From: Flavobacteriales bacterium
GTDB taxonomy: Bacteria; Bacteroidota; Bacteroidia; Flavobacteriales_G; JALEGO01
Reading direction: 5' to 3'
DNA: 64,000 bases
Assembly (NCBI GenBank): GCA_020628935.1
Contig: JAHDEG010000006.1
Span: 142,986-206,985 of the forward strand
Shown: positions 49,000 through 58,332 of the stretch, one piece after another
Position numbering within the stretch: position 1 is the stretch's first letter
How the letters are laid out: every line of letters begins with the position of its first letter
The notes under the pieces: generated by a model
The model's database searches: none
Told to the model about the DNA's origin: nothing
Seen by the model: only the letters and a program-made list of their open reading frames with translations
Made by a program: the position numbers and the translations under genes

Positions 49000-49429
49000 A
49001 CGATAGCGTTTTTAATGGGTAAGGATATATTTCTAGTAGAGGGTTTAAAACAAATTCCCTTTCTAAAATTAAGGGATGCGGTATTTTTAATCTTTCTGAA
49101 TTAATTTTCTCGTTATTATACGTTAAAATATCTAAGTCAATTTCTCTGTCTGCATATGTTTGATTTACAGATTTTTTGTTTCTACCCACTTTCTTTTCAA
49201 TTTCTTGTAACTGATCTAATAATTTAATGGGAGATAAGTTAGTTTTCACAGATATAACCTGATTTATAAAATCGTTTTTACTTTCAAAACCAAATGGCTT
49301 TGAACTATAATGAGCAGAAATACTAGAAATTTCTCCAACTAAGTGATTTATTAATATTCTAGAATTCAATAATCGTAGGGCTTTAGGAGATATATTTGAC
49401 CCCAATAATATAAAAGTTTCAACTAGCAT
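48989..49429 (-). CDS. folK: 2-amino-4-hydroxy-6-hydroxymethyldihydropteridine diphosphokinase
   Basis: LGSN, FINQV, IEKKVGR, DREIDLDIL, IPHP...REFVL.PL. Confidence 0.95.
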   Translation of the reverse strand: MLVETFILLGSNISPKALRLLNSRILINHLVGEISSISAHYSSKPFGFESKNDFINQVISVKTNLSPIKLLDQLQEIEKKVGRNKKSVNQTYADREIDLDILTYNNEKINSERLKIPHPLILEREFVLNPLLEIYPYPLKTLSFVK

Positions 49430-49839
49430 GATTTTTTAAAAGTAAAATACTAAGTTTTAGTTGTTCGAAAATTTTTTAAGCTGTTCATAAAAGCCAAAAT
49501 CTTTTTTTGGAAGCTAAGCTATTATTTATCATTGAATATATATTAATACCAACCTAAATTTTAAGCCTAAAATAATTAACCACTTTTTTATAAGTAATGA
49601 ACAATTTGCATACGCATAAGTTATTAGCTCTTTTTATTAAATTTACAATTGTTAATCATGTTTATAAACTATCTTAAACATTGAAAATCAAAATATTATA
49701 ATTAACAATTAGCATAAAAATTGTTATAAAAAATTTATAATTCAATATTTTAAACTTTGAGTTGTTGTTTTATTTAGGTTACTGACAAGATAATAGTAGT
49801 AATAGTTTAACTTTTATAAAAAGAAATAATATATAATTA
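49430..49839. other. Candidate replication origin (oriC)
   Basis: 410-bp AT-rich divergent gap with several TTATNAACA-like boxes, an exact IHF consensus (49686-49698) and a TAA TAG TAG TAA TAG trio run (49791-49805). parS and mnmG lie ~9-11 kb away, and gene orientation flips here. Confidence 0.45.
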
Positions 49840-51450
49840 ATGCAGGTAAAAAAAAAGATATTGATTAAGAGAAACATTTATTTGTGTTTTCTTCTGTTTT
49901 TTTCACTTGATTTGTACAATCAAAATTCAAATAATGCAGACAGCAACTTAACCTTCAAAATATTTTATCACGAAAACAATGAAAAAGCAAGTGAAGGATA
50001 TTTAAAAAATGGAATTCCGGTTGGGGTCTGGAAAAACTTTTATGAAAGCGGAACATTAAAATCAGAAGGAAAAAGAGAAAATCAAAAACCCGATAGTTTA
50101 TGGAAATTTTATTCAAAACTTGGTGTTTTACTAACAGAAATCAACTACAAAAATGGCGTTAAAGATGGTTGGGAAAAATCTTATTCTGCTGATGGATTAA
50201 TAGCATCCAAATATTTTTATTCAAAAGGATTAAAACAAAACTATGGCTATGTTTATAAGTCTGATAATTTAATTGAAAAAGTTCACTTTGTTGATAACAT
50301 AAAATCAGGATACTCTTATGTTTTTGATACTGATGGTAATGTAATTAGTATACTTAATTATACCAACGGATTTATTAAAACTAGAGATAATATTAACAGA
50401 AAAAATAGTGAAGGAAATAAAATAGGAAAGTGGATACAATATTTTCCATGTCCCGAACCTTGCGAAACATCCTTCAAAATAAAAAAAGAAGGAAGATATG
50501 TAAATGGAGTAAAGAACGGAATATTTAAAGAGTACGAAAAAACAGGTGAATTACTTAGCCTAGAAAAGTGGGAAAATGGTAAACTAATTACTGATTCGGA
50601 AGAAACAAAAAGATTAGAAGCTAAAACAGAGTTTTATGCCAATGCTAAACCAAAAAGTATAAAAAATTACTTCAATGGCGTGTTAGAAGGATCGAGTACT
50701 TATTATAATGAAAATGGTGAAATTGTATCAACAGAAATTTATAATAAAGGAAATTTAATAGCAAAAGGTATTGTATTAGAAAACGGCTTGCGAGAAGGCG
50801 ATTGGATATTTTACTATTCAGATGGAACCATAAAAGCTAAAGGAAAATACAAAGAAGGACTAAAGTTTGGCGAATGGATTTATTATCATCCTAACGGAAA
50901 AAAAGAACAAAAAGGAACCTACAGAACCAAAGAAAGACCACACGGAACATGGACTTGGTGGTACGATAATTCAGAAATACAAAGAAAAGAGGAATTTAGA
51001 AACGGAAAGGAAGACGGAGATATTATTGAATATAACGATACCGGAAAAGTCATTTTAAAAGGTCAATACGAAGATGGATTAAAAGAAGGCTTATGGCTTT
51101 ATGACGAAGGAGATTATAAACAAGAAGGTGAGTATATTACTGGTGAACGTACAGGTGAATGGAAACATTATTATGGATCAACCAATAAATTAAGCTTTAA
51201 AGGAAGTTTTATTGATGGTATACCTGTAGATAAGCATATATGGTATCATACAAACGGTAAAAAAATGTTAGTTGGTGAATTTGTAGGTGGATTGAGAGAA
51301 GGCCAATGGTCTCGTTATGATGAAGAGGGCCTAAAAATTATGACTATAGATTATTTAGATGGGCAGGAGAAAAAAATAAATGGGATAAAAATTAAACCTA
51401 AAAAAGAATTCGATGAAGTTGACATTGATCAATACAAAAAAAGGAAGTAG
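49840..51450 (+). CDS. Exported MORN-variant repeat protein (YwqK-like repeats)
   Basis: Many G.W..YY.NG......G.Y..G repeats after a signal-peptide-like N-terminus; the start may be the TTG at 49861. Confidence 0.85.
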   Translation: MQVKKKILIKRNIYLCFLLFFSLDLYNQNSNNADSNLTFKIFYHENNEKASEGYLKNGIPVGVWKNFYESGTLKSEGKRENQKPDSLWKFYSKLGVLLTEINYKNGVKDGWEKSYSADGLIASKYFYSKGLKQNYGYVYKSDNLIEKVHFVDNIKSGYSYVFDTDGNVISILNYTNGFIKTRDNINRKNSEGNKIGKWIQYFPCPEPCETSFKIKKEGRYVNGVKNGIFKEYEKTGELLSLEKWENGKLITDSEETKRLEAKTEFYANAKPKSIKNYFNGVLEGSSTYYNENGEIVSTEIYNKGNLIAKGIVLENGLREGDWIFYYSDGTIKAKGKYKEGLKFGEWIYYHPNGKKEQKGTYRTKERPHGTWTWWYDNSEIQRKEEFRNGKEDGDIIEYNDTGKVILKGQYEDGLKEGLWLYDEGDYKQEGEYITGERTGEWKHYYGSTNKLSFKGSFIDGIPVDKHIWYHTNGKKMLVGEFVGGLREGQWSRYDEEGLKIMTIDYLDGQEKKINGIKIKPKKEFDEVDIDQYKKRK

Positions 51451-52045
51451 AAAAATATTCAGTTTTCTTTTATTAATACTTACTTTTTTTGCTTCGGCAA
51501 ATTGTCAAGAATCACAAAGTAAAAGTGAGAAAGAATTATTGAAGGCTAAAGAATTAGCAAGACAGTTTGATTCTACAGGTGTTTTATTGATTAGATTATC
51601 CTCAAAAAGTGAGGCTATAAATAAACTTAAAGCAATTAACCCACAACAAGCCAAAAAAGTAAAAGAAGAAGTAAACAAAGAAAATACTGAAATTATAAAG
51701 GCATTTTCAGAAAATTATACGTTAACTCCAGTATATTACTTTTTTAGTGAGCACTCGTCAAATATTAGTGAAAAAAACTTTAAAGGATTTGTGTTAAATA
51801 ACAAATTACAACCTGAACTAGATTTCACTGGAGTTAAAAAAACTATACTTATTGGTGAATTTGGAACTTTAGATGTTGATAAACTAGGTATAAACGCTCT
51901 TTATTTAATGGATAGTAATTTTGAAACACTGAAAAAACCTTTTCCTTATTATGTACGAACATTGAAACCTATTTTCTTCTTAAAACGTAACAAAAACAAG
52001 ACGGTAGCCAATTTAAATTCTGTTTTATTGCAATTTTCAAAATAG
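51413..52045 (+). CDS. Hypothetical exported protein
   Basis: Signal-peptide-like segment; LLIRL, PVYYFFS and PFPYY blocks; start uncertain because it overlaps the upstream gene. Confidence 0.7.
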   Translation: MKLTLINTKKGSRKIFSFLLLILTFFASANCQESQSKSEKELLKAKELARQFDSTGVLLIRLSSKSEAINKLKAINPQQAKKVKEEVNKENTEIIKAFSENYTLTPVYYFFSEHSSNISEKNFKGFVLNNKLQPELDFTGVKKTILIGEFGTLDVDKLGINALYLMDSNFETLKKPFPYYVRTLKPIFFLKRNKNKTVANLNSVLLQFSK

Positions 52046-52105
52046 TTAAAATTGTTCTAGGTTACCTTTTTAATTATATTCGTTAGTTGAAACTAAATTC
52101 ATTTT

Positions 52106-53959
52106 ATGAAAAAATTATTATTCTCATTTATGTTTTCAATTGCTATTCTTAGCAATTATAACGCACAATGTACATTTTGTGACATAGACTTAACGTGCAC
52201 GCAAACACCTACTTTTCCGACCTCTTGTCCTCTCAATGCATTGCCAGATGCAACTGCTCAAGAACCATATGAAACTTCAATTACATTATACATACCAGAA
52301 GAGTTCGAAGCGCAAGGTTTCAACGTAACTATGACTGAAGCAAGAGTAATTAATATATCAGGTATACCGCAAGGTATGAGTGTTACTTCTTATGATTATA
52401 CGGGTACCGCAACAGATTTATTTTATCCTGGTGCAAATCCTCCATCATCGGAAAGAGCATGTGCAAAAGTATGTGGTACACCGGTTATACCAGGTAATTA
52501 TTCAATAGTTGTTACTGCTGCTGTAACTGCAAGTACACCAATTGGAACACAAGTTCAAAATGAGCAATTTACTTATGACATAACTGTTTTACCTAATGCC
52601 TCTGGTAATAATGCATTTACTTTAACATCAAATATTGGCTGTGGTGAAGTTACAAGTACGTTTTCTCCATTAGTTCCTTCAAACGGAAGTGATTTAATTG
52701 AATATTCTTGGGATTTTGGTAATGGTGAAACAAGCACAGATGAAAACCCAAGTGAAGTAACCTACAACCAACCAGGAACTTATGAGGTAGAACTAGTACA
52801 AAATTTTTATAAATACAGGTTAGTTAATGTTTCTTTATCAGATAATGGTGAGAATAATTGGTGTGGGACATTTGGTGATCAAGAGTCCGTTTGTGCTTTG
52901 AGTAGTCCAGATTTTTATTATATAATTTCAGGTGATTTTGGAAGCTCTCAATCAGCACCTATCGATAATGAAACTTCTCCTAGTTGGTCTGATATTGTTG
53001 AAATTGATGATGAAGATAACTCAGTAGTTTTTCAAGTAATTGAAAAAGATTTAACCAATGACGATGATATGGGGCTAACTTCATTTATTGTTCAAGAAGG
53101 AACAAACACTTATGCAATTCCTTCTGGTCCTAATCCTAATGTGTACGCTACATTAACTTTTGATAAAGTAATTGCAAATACTATAACCGATATTGATACC
53201 ATAACTGTTTTAGAAGAACCTAATCCTTCAATTACAGCAATTACTAGTACAACAGTATGTGAAGGAGATACAGTTTTGTTAACAACTCAACCCGGTTTTG
53301 CCACTTATAGTTGGTTTAACGATTCTAATAATGTTTCGGGACAGTTAACTGATACATTATTAACAACTCTTCCGGGCTTATACACTGTAGAAGTACAATC
53401 AATTGATGGCTGCGTTGGTTTAAGTGGTTCAGAAGAAATAATAACTATTGAATATCCTGCTCAACCAAGTATTCAATTAACTACAAGTACCAATACATTA
53501 GCAATAAATAATATTGAAACTGGAGTTACTTATCAGTGGTTTAAAAACGGAGATTTACTACCTGGAGAAACTGGAGCGTCATTCAATTATGATGAAGCAG
53601 CTTCATATAGTGTAGAAGCTTTAAATAGTACTGGTTGTTTAACATCGTCTATACAAATACCTACTCCTGCACCTACAAGTATATACGAAATTTCTAGTTC
53701 TATTTCAGATCTTAGCTTGTACCCTAATCCAGTAACAAATGGATTACTAAATGTTAATTTTTTTGCAACAAATTCTAAGTCTAAAAGCTTAGTTATTTAT
53801 GATATGGTTGGCAAAATGGTTTATAATTCTCCTTTACCTGAACAATCAGGTGATAATGTTTTAGAATTAAATATTTCTCAATTACAATCTGGTATTTATA
53901 ATGTAAGTATAATAACTGATGGATCAGTTAGTCAGTTTAAATCGCTAATTGTTAGATAA
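52106..53959 (+). CDS. T9SS-secreted PKD/Ig-like domain protein
   Basis: Signal peptide; PKD motif YSWDFGNG...Y..PGTY.V.L; YQWFKNG; CTD LYPNP...SGIYNV. Confidence 0.88.
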   Translation: MKKLLFSFMFSIAILSNYNAQCTFCDIDLTCTQTPTFPTSCPLNALPDATAQEPYETSITLYIPEEFEAQGFNVTMTEARVINISGIPQGMSVTSYDYTGTATDLFYPGANPPSSERACAKVCGTPVIPGNYSIVVTAAVTASTPIGTQVQNEQFTYDITVLPNASGNNAFTLTSNIGCGEVTSTFSPLVPSNGSDLIEYSWDFGNGETSTDENPSEVTYNQPGTYEVELVQNFYKYRLVNVSLSDNGENNWCGTFGDQESVCALSSPDFYYIISGDFGSSQSAPIDNETSPSWSDIVEIDDEDNSVVFQVIEKDLTNDDDMGLTSFIVQEGTNTYAIPSGPNPNVYATLTFDKVIANTITDIDTITVLEEPNPSITAITSTTVCEGDTVLLTTQPGFATYSWFNDSNNVSGQLTDTLLTTLPGLYTVEVQSIDGCVGLSGSEEIITIEYPAQPSIQLTTSTNTLAINNIETGVTYQWFKNGDLLPGETGASFNYDEAASYSVEALNSTGCLTSSIQIPTPAPTSIYEISSSISDLSLYPNPVTNGLLNVNFFATNSKSKSLVIYDMVGKMVYNSPLPEQSGDNVLELNISQLQSGIYNVSIITDGSVSQFKSLIVR

Positions 53960-53983
53960 TTAATTAATCATTTATTTTAAATT

Positions 53984-54019
53984 AAACCCTAAGATTATAT
54001 TTTAGTCTTAGGGTTTTTT
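53984..54019 (+). terminator. Rho-independent terminator
   Basis: aaaccctaagat-loop-gtcttaggg followed by tttttt. Confidence 0.8.
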
Positions 54020-54086
54020 GTTTTTAAACCGTTAAAGAAACTAAATACAGTCATTGTAATAATAAAACCCTTTGTATATTTAGTAT

Positions 54087-57000
54087 ATGGTGAATTCTGC
54101 CTATAAAAACGTATTGCTTAAACTTAATAAGTTTACTCGTAAATACTATACGAATGAGCTTATTAAGGGCGCAATTATAGCATTATCGATTTCATTGATT
54201 AGTTTTTTGGTCGTTATTTTACTTGAGTATGCTGGTAATTTTGGGTATTTAACGCGTATGATACTGTTTTATACCTTAGTAATAATTGTATTACTATGTG
54301 TTGTTAAGTTAATCGTTTTTCCTTTATTAAAACTTTATAAGTTAGGAGATTCATTAACAAAAGAGCAAGCAGCAATTTTGGTAGGAAAACATTTTAAACA
54401 AATTGATGATCGTTTGTTAAATGTTATTCAATTAAATAATAATTCTTCAGGTGAATCGCTTGAATTACTAAATGCTTCCATAGAGCAAAAATCTGCTCAA
54501 ATTAGCCCATTTGATTTTTCTAACGCAATAAGCTTTAAAAGCAATAAAAAGTTTTTAAAATATCTTGTTCCTACCTTATTATTCCTTTTAATTATAGGTA
54601 TATTTTCTCCTAAAATTTTAAAAAATGGTACTAACCGAATTGTTAATTATAACAAAGAATTTGTTAAAGAGTTACCATATAACATAACGCTCGAAAATGA
54701 AAATTTAAGTATTGTTGAAGGAGAAAATATTAAAATTAAAATTAGTGTTAATGGTGATGTACTACCGCAAAACCTCTTTATTAAATTTAATAATAATGAT
54801 CAAAAAATGGTTGGTTTATCTAAATCTACATTTGCTTATCAATTGCAAAATTTAAGAACCAATACTCCATTTGTTATATCAGATGGTGAAAACTCATTAG
54901 GTAATTACTTAATCGAAGTTTTATCTAAACCTGTTCTTGTTGATTTTAATGTTACGTTAAATTATCCTTCTTATATAAAAAAGAAGCCAGAAACTTTATC
55001 AAGTTCAGGCGATTTATTAATTCCAGAAGGCACAGTTGCTAAATGGAGTTTTAAAGCAAATAAAACTACCGATGCTTCAATAATTTTTAATGATTCTATA
55101 TATAAAACGGGCATTAATAATAAAAAATTATTTGTAGCAAGTAAAACGTTTTTCCAAAGTGAAGTTTATACTCTTTTATTAACTAATGGCGAACACAATA
55201 CATCTGATTCAATACAATATGCTGTTCAAGTTATAAAAGATGAATATCCAAATATTAAGATTAATGAAATGCGCGATAGCACTAATTTGGCCAACATATA
55301 TTTTTCAGGATTAGTTAATGATGACTACGGTTTTAAGAATTTACTTTTTAATTATAAAATCAGAAATGATAATAATACTGTTGTAAGCGATTCAGTTTCT
55401 GTTATACCTGTATCTAAAACTACAACTTCATACAAGTTTTCATACATGTTAAATATTGATAATATTAATTTACAAGCAGGCGATAAACTTGAGTATTATT
55501 TCACTATTTATGATAACGATGCCGTGAACGGCTCTAAAAAAACAAATTCAAAAATTGCAGTATTTGAAATTCCTTCTAAGTCTCAATTGAAAGAAAATAA
55601 GGATAGAAGTAATGATAAGGTAAAAGATAATTTGGAAGAAAGTATTTCTGATGCCAAAAAAATCCAATCAGATTTAGAAAAATTACGAAAGGAAATGCTT
55701 CAAAAGAAAAAAGCTGGTTGGGAGGAAAAAAATAAACTCGATGCAATTAAAGAAAAACAAAAAGAATTGAAAAAAAAATTAAGTGATCTTACTAAAGAGA
55801 GCCAAAAAACACTCAACGAGCAAAAGAAATTTGGTGAGATGGATGAAAAACTACTTGAAAAGCAACAACAAATTCAAGAGTTAATGGAAAATGTTTTGAA
55901 TGATGAGCTCAAGCAAATGATGGAAGACATTCAAAAAATGATGGAGGAGCTTGATAAAAACAAGGAAACAGACGAAAAAATGGAAGATCTTACGTTTAAT
56001 AATGAAGAGATAGAACAAAGCTTAGATCGCACCTTAGAACTCTTTAAACAGTTAGAGTTAGAGCAGAAACTTCAAGAAAATATAAACGAGCTTAAAAAGC
56101 TTGCTGATGAACAAAAAAAGCTTGCTGATGAAACTAAAGCTGCAAATAAGGATAAAAAAGAAGAACTACTCAAAAAACAAGAAGAACTAAATAAGAAAAC
56201 TGAAGAGCTAAAGAAAGATATTGAAAAAGCTAACCAGTTAAATGATGAGCTTGAGTTTAAGAACGACTTACCCGAAAACAGTGAGCAAGAAATGTCTGAT
56301 GCTCAAAAAGACCAGAAAAAAGCTCAAGAGGATATTAGTAAAGGTGATAAAAAAAGTGCTTCTGATAGTCAAAAAGATGCTGGAGATAAGATGGAGCAAC
56401 TGGCAGAAAAAATGGAACAAGCTCAGCAAAAAATGCAAGAAGATGCACAAACTGAAAACTTAGAAGACATGAGGCAACTCCTTGAAAACTTAGTTGATCT
56501 CTCTTTTAGTCAGGAAGAGTTAATGAAAGATATATCAGAGACATCCATTAAAGATCCCAAATTCAGAAAATTAGTGCAACAACAATTAATGTTGAGAGAT
56601 GATGCAGATATGATTAAAGACTCTTTATTTGCACTAAGTAAAAGAGAACCTAAAGTTGAGCCAATTGTAACCAAAGAAATAAACGAACTCAATGTTAACA
56701 TGGCTAAATCCTTAAAATTACTTGAAGATCGTTCCTACAGTAAAGGACTTGCTCAGCAACAAAAAATAATGACAAATGCAAACAATTTAGCGTTACTATT
56801 TGATGAAGCTATACAACAAATGCAAAAGCAACAAGCTCAACAAAAACAAGGTGGAAGCGGTTCATGTTCTAAACCAGGCGGAAAGGGCAAACCTAGTGCT
56901 GGTTCTATTAAAAAAATGCAACAGCAACTAAGTAAGCAACTTTCAGAGTTAAAAGAGGAACTTGGTAAGCAACAGGGAGGAAAAAAAGAAGGTGGTCAAG

Positions 57001-57449
57001 AAGGATCCAAAGCAGGTAACAGCCAGAAGCTCGCTAAAATGGCTGCAGAACAAGAAGCCATAAGAAGAGAACTTCAAAAAATGTCTAACTCATTAAATAA
57101 TGAAGGAGGGAAAACTCCAGGTGGCTCAAATCTTAAAAAAATAGAAGATTTAATGGAGGAAAACGAACGAGACATTGTTAACCGACAAATAACTCAGGAA
57201 ACCATTAACAGACAAAAAGATATACTTACACGTTTATTAGAATCTGAAAAAGCTGAGAGAGAAAGAGATAAAGATGAAAAAAGAGAATCTAATGAATCTA
57301 ATTTTGCAGAAGAACGTAACCTTGATGAGTTTTTGAGGTATAAGGACCTAAAAAAATTGGGAGAAGACGAAATCTTACAATTTACTTCGCCTAAATTAAA
57401 AGACTTTTATAAGAATAAAGTAAATAGGTATTTAAACAATATAGATTAA
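54087..57449 (+). CDS. DUF4175-like membrane-anchored long coiled-coil protein
   Basis: N-terminal TM helices, beta-rich middle (DDYGF, YDNDAVNGSK), Q/K/E-rich coiled coil, ILTRLLESEKAERER. Confidence 0.8.
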   Translation: MVNSAYKNVLLKLNKFTRKYYTNELIKGAIIALSISLISFLVVILLEYAGNFGYLTRMILFYTLVIIVLLCVVKLIVFPLLKLYKLGDSLTKEQAAILVGKHFKQIDDRLLNVIQLNNNSSGESLELLNASIEQKSAQISPFDFSNAISFKSNKKFLKYLVPTLLFLLIIGIFSPKILKNGTNRIVNYNKEFVKELPYNITLENENLSIVEGENIKIKISVNGDVLPQNLFIKFNNNDQKMVGLSKSTFAYQLQNLRTNTPFVISDGENSLGNYLIEVLSKPVLVDFNVTLNYPSYIKKKPETLSSSGDLLIPEGTVAKWSFKANKTTDASIIFNDSIYKTGINNKKLFVASKTFFQSEVYTLLLTNGEHNTSDSIQYAVQVIKDEYPNIKINEMRDSTNLANIYFSGLVNDDYGFKNLLFNYKIRNDNNTVVSDSVSVIPVSKTTTSYKFSYMLNIDNINLQAGDKLEYYFTIYDNDAVNGSKKTNSKIAVFEIPSKSQLKENKDRSNDKVKDNLEESISDAKKIQSDLEKLRKEMLQKKKAGWEEKNKLDAIKEKQKELKKKLSDLTKESQKTLNEQKKFGEMDEKLLEKQQQIQELMENVLNDELKQMMEDIQKMMEELDKNKETDEKMEDLTFNNEEIEQSLDRTLELFKQLELEQKLQENINELKKLADEQKKLADETKAANKDKKEELLKKQEELNKKTEELKKDIEKANQLNDELEFKNDLPENSEQEMSDAQKDQKKAQEDISKGDKKSASDSQKDAGDKMEQLAEKMEQAQQKMQEDAQTENLEDMRQLLENLVDLSFSQEELMKDISETSIKDPKFRKLVQQQLMLRDDADMIKDSLFALSKREPKVEPIVTKEINELNVNMAKSLKLLEDRSYSKGLAQQQKIMTNANNLALLFDEAIQQMQKQQAQQKQGGSGSCSKPGGKGKPSAGSIKKMQQQLSKQLSELKEELGKQQGGKKEGGQEGSKAGNSQKLAKMAAEQEAIRRELQKMSNSLNNEGGKTPGGSNLKKIEDLMEENERDIVNRQITQETINRQKDILTRLLESEKAERERDKDEKRESNESNFAEERNLDEFLRYKDLKKLGEDEILQFTSPKLKDFYKNKVNRYLNNID

Positions 57450-57856
57450 TGGAACAGCAGGTGATACAAGACATGAAAATTTCTTCCAAGCGGGAAAATA
57501 TTAATTTGATTGATGGTTTAATTGATCAAATTTTTGAAAAAAATAGTATTGATGAAGACCACTATGGTAACGTACTTATGGCTATGACAGAAGCTGTAAC
57601 CAATGGTATTTTACATGGCAACAAAGAAGATCAGAGTAAATATGTTTATGTAACATTTGCTAAAGAAGATAACAGGTTGTGTTTTGTTGTTAGAGATGAA
57701 GGTGATGGTTTTAAGTACGATAACTTGCCCGATCCTACAGCGCCTGAAAATCTCGACAAACCTTCTGGTAGAGGCATTTTCTTAATGAAAAGTTTAGCTG
57801 ACGATCTCGAGTTTGAAGAAAATGGCAAAGTAGTAAAGCTATATTTTAATGCTTAA
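57449..57856 (+). CDS. RsbW-like HATPase_c ATP-binding protein
   Basis: EAVTNGILHGN, DEGDGF, GRGIFLM; its start overlaps the upstream stop (TAATG). Confidence 0.88.
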   Translation: MEQQVIQDMKISSKRENINLIDGLIDQIFEKNSIDEDHYGNVLMAMTEAVTNGILHGNKEDQSKYVYVTFAKEDNRLCFVVRDEGDGFKYDNLPDPTAPENLDKPSGRGIFLMKSLADDLEFEENGKVVKLYFNA

Positions 57857-57867
57857 AATTTATTATA

Positions 57868-58281
57868 ATTAGCAAAATAGTTTTTATACGGAAAGCTAAA
57901 TTTCCTGTCGTTTCTGCAAAAAGGCTCAAAGCATGGATAATTAGCACAGCGCTATCTGAATCCCACTCCATTTCTGAGCTACATTTTAATCTTGTTGATG
58001 ATAAATATTTGCTTGAAATGAATATTAAGTATTTGAATCACAATACGTTAACTGATATAATTACGTTTGATTACACAGAAGAAAACGTAATTTCTGGTGA
58101 AATATTTATAAGTATAGATAGGGTCAGAGAAAACGCTAAGACGTTCAAAGTGTCTCATCAACAAGAGTTTAAAAGAATTATAATACATGGCTTACTTCAT
58201 CTGTGTGGCTATTCCGATAAAACAACAGATGATAAAAAAGTCATGACTCAAAAAGAAGACTATTATCTTAATCTATTCTGA
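57868..58281 (+). CDS. ybeY: rRNA maturation RNase YbeY; probable non-canonical ATT start
   Basis: TDIITFDY, GEIFIS, HGLLHLCGY.D. The frame is open back to a TAA at 57847-57849 with no ATG/GTG/TTG before 58009, which would truncate the N-terminus. Confidence 0.9.
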   Translation: MSKIVFIRKAKFPVVSAKRLKAWIISTALSESHSISELHFNLVDDKYLLEMNIKYLNHNTLTDIITFDYTEENVISGEIFISIDRVRENAKTFKVSHQQEFKRIIIHGLLHLCGYSDKTTDDKKVMTQKEDYYLNLF

Positions 58282-58299
58282 TTGTTTATTTTTGTATTA

Positions 58300-58315
58300 T
58301 GTTTCACGTGGAACA
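58300..58315. promoter_or_regulatory. parS centromere site
   Basis: TGTTTCACGTGGAACA matches the 16-bp parS palindrome consensus. Confidence 0.9.
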
Positions 58316-58332
58316 TATAATATTTGTATTAT

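Noticed and set aside
49840-51450. Toxin-antitoxin system (YwqK antitoxin)
   Set aside because: Only generic MORN-variant repeats are present; the protein is exported and has no adjacent toxin.
56095-56132. 18-bp direct repeat AAAAAGCTTGCTGATGAA at a 21-bp period
   Set aside because: It is a heptad duplication (KKLADE) within the coiled coil, not a CRISPR or operator.
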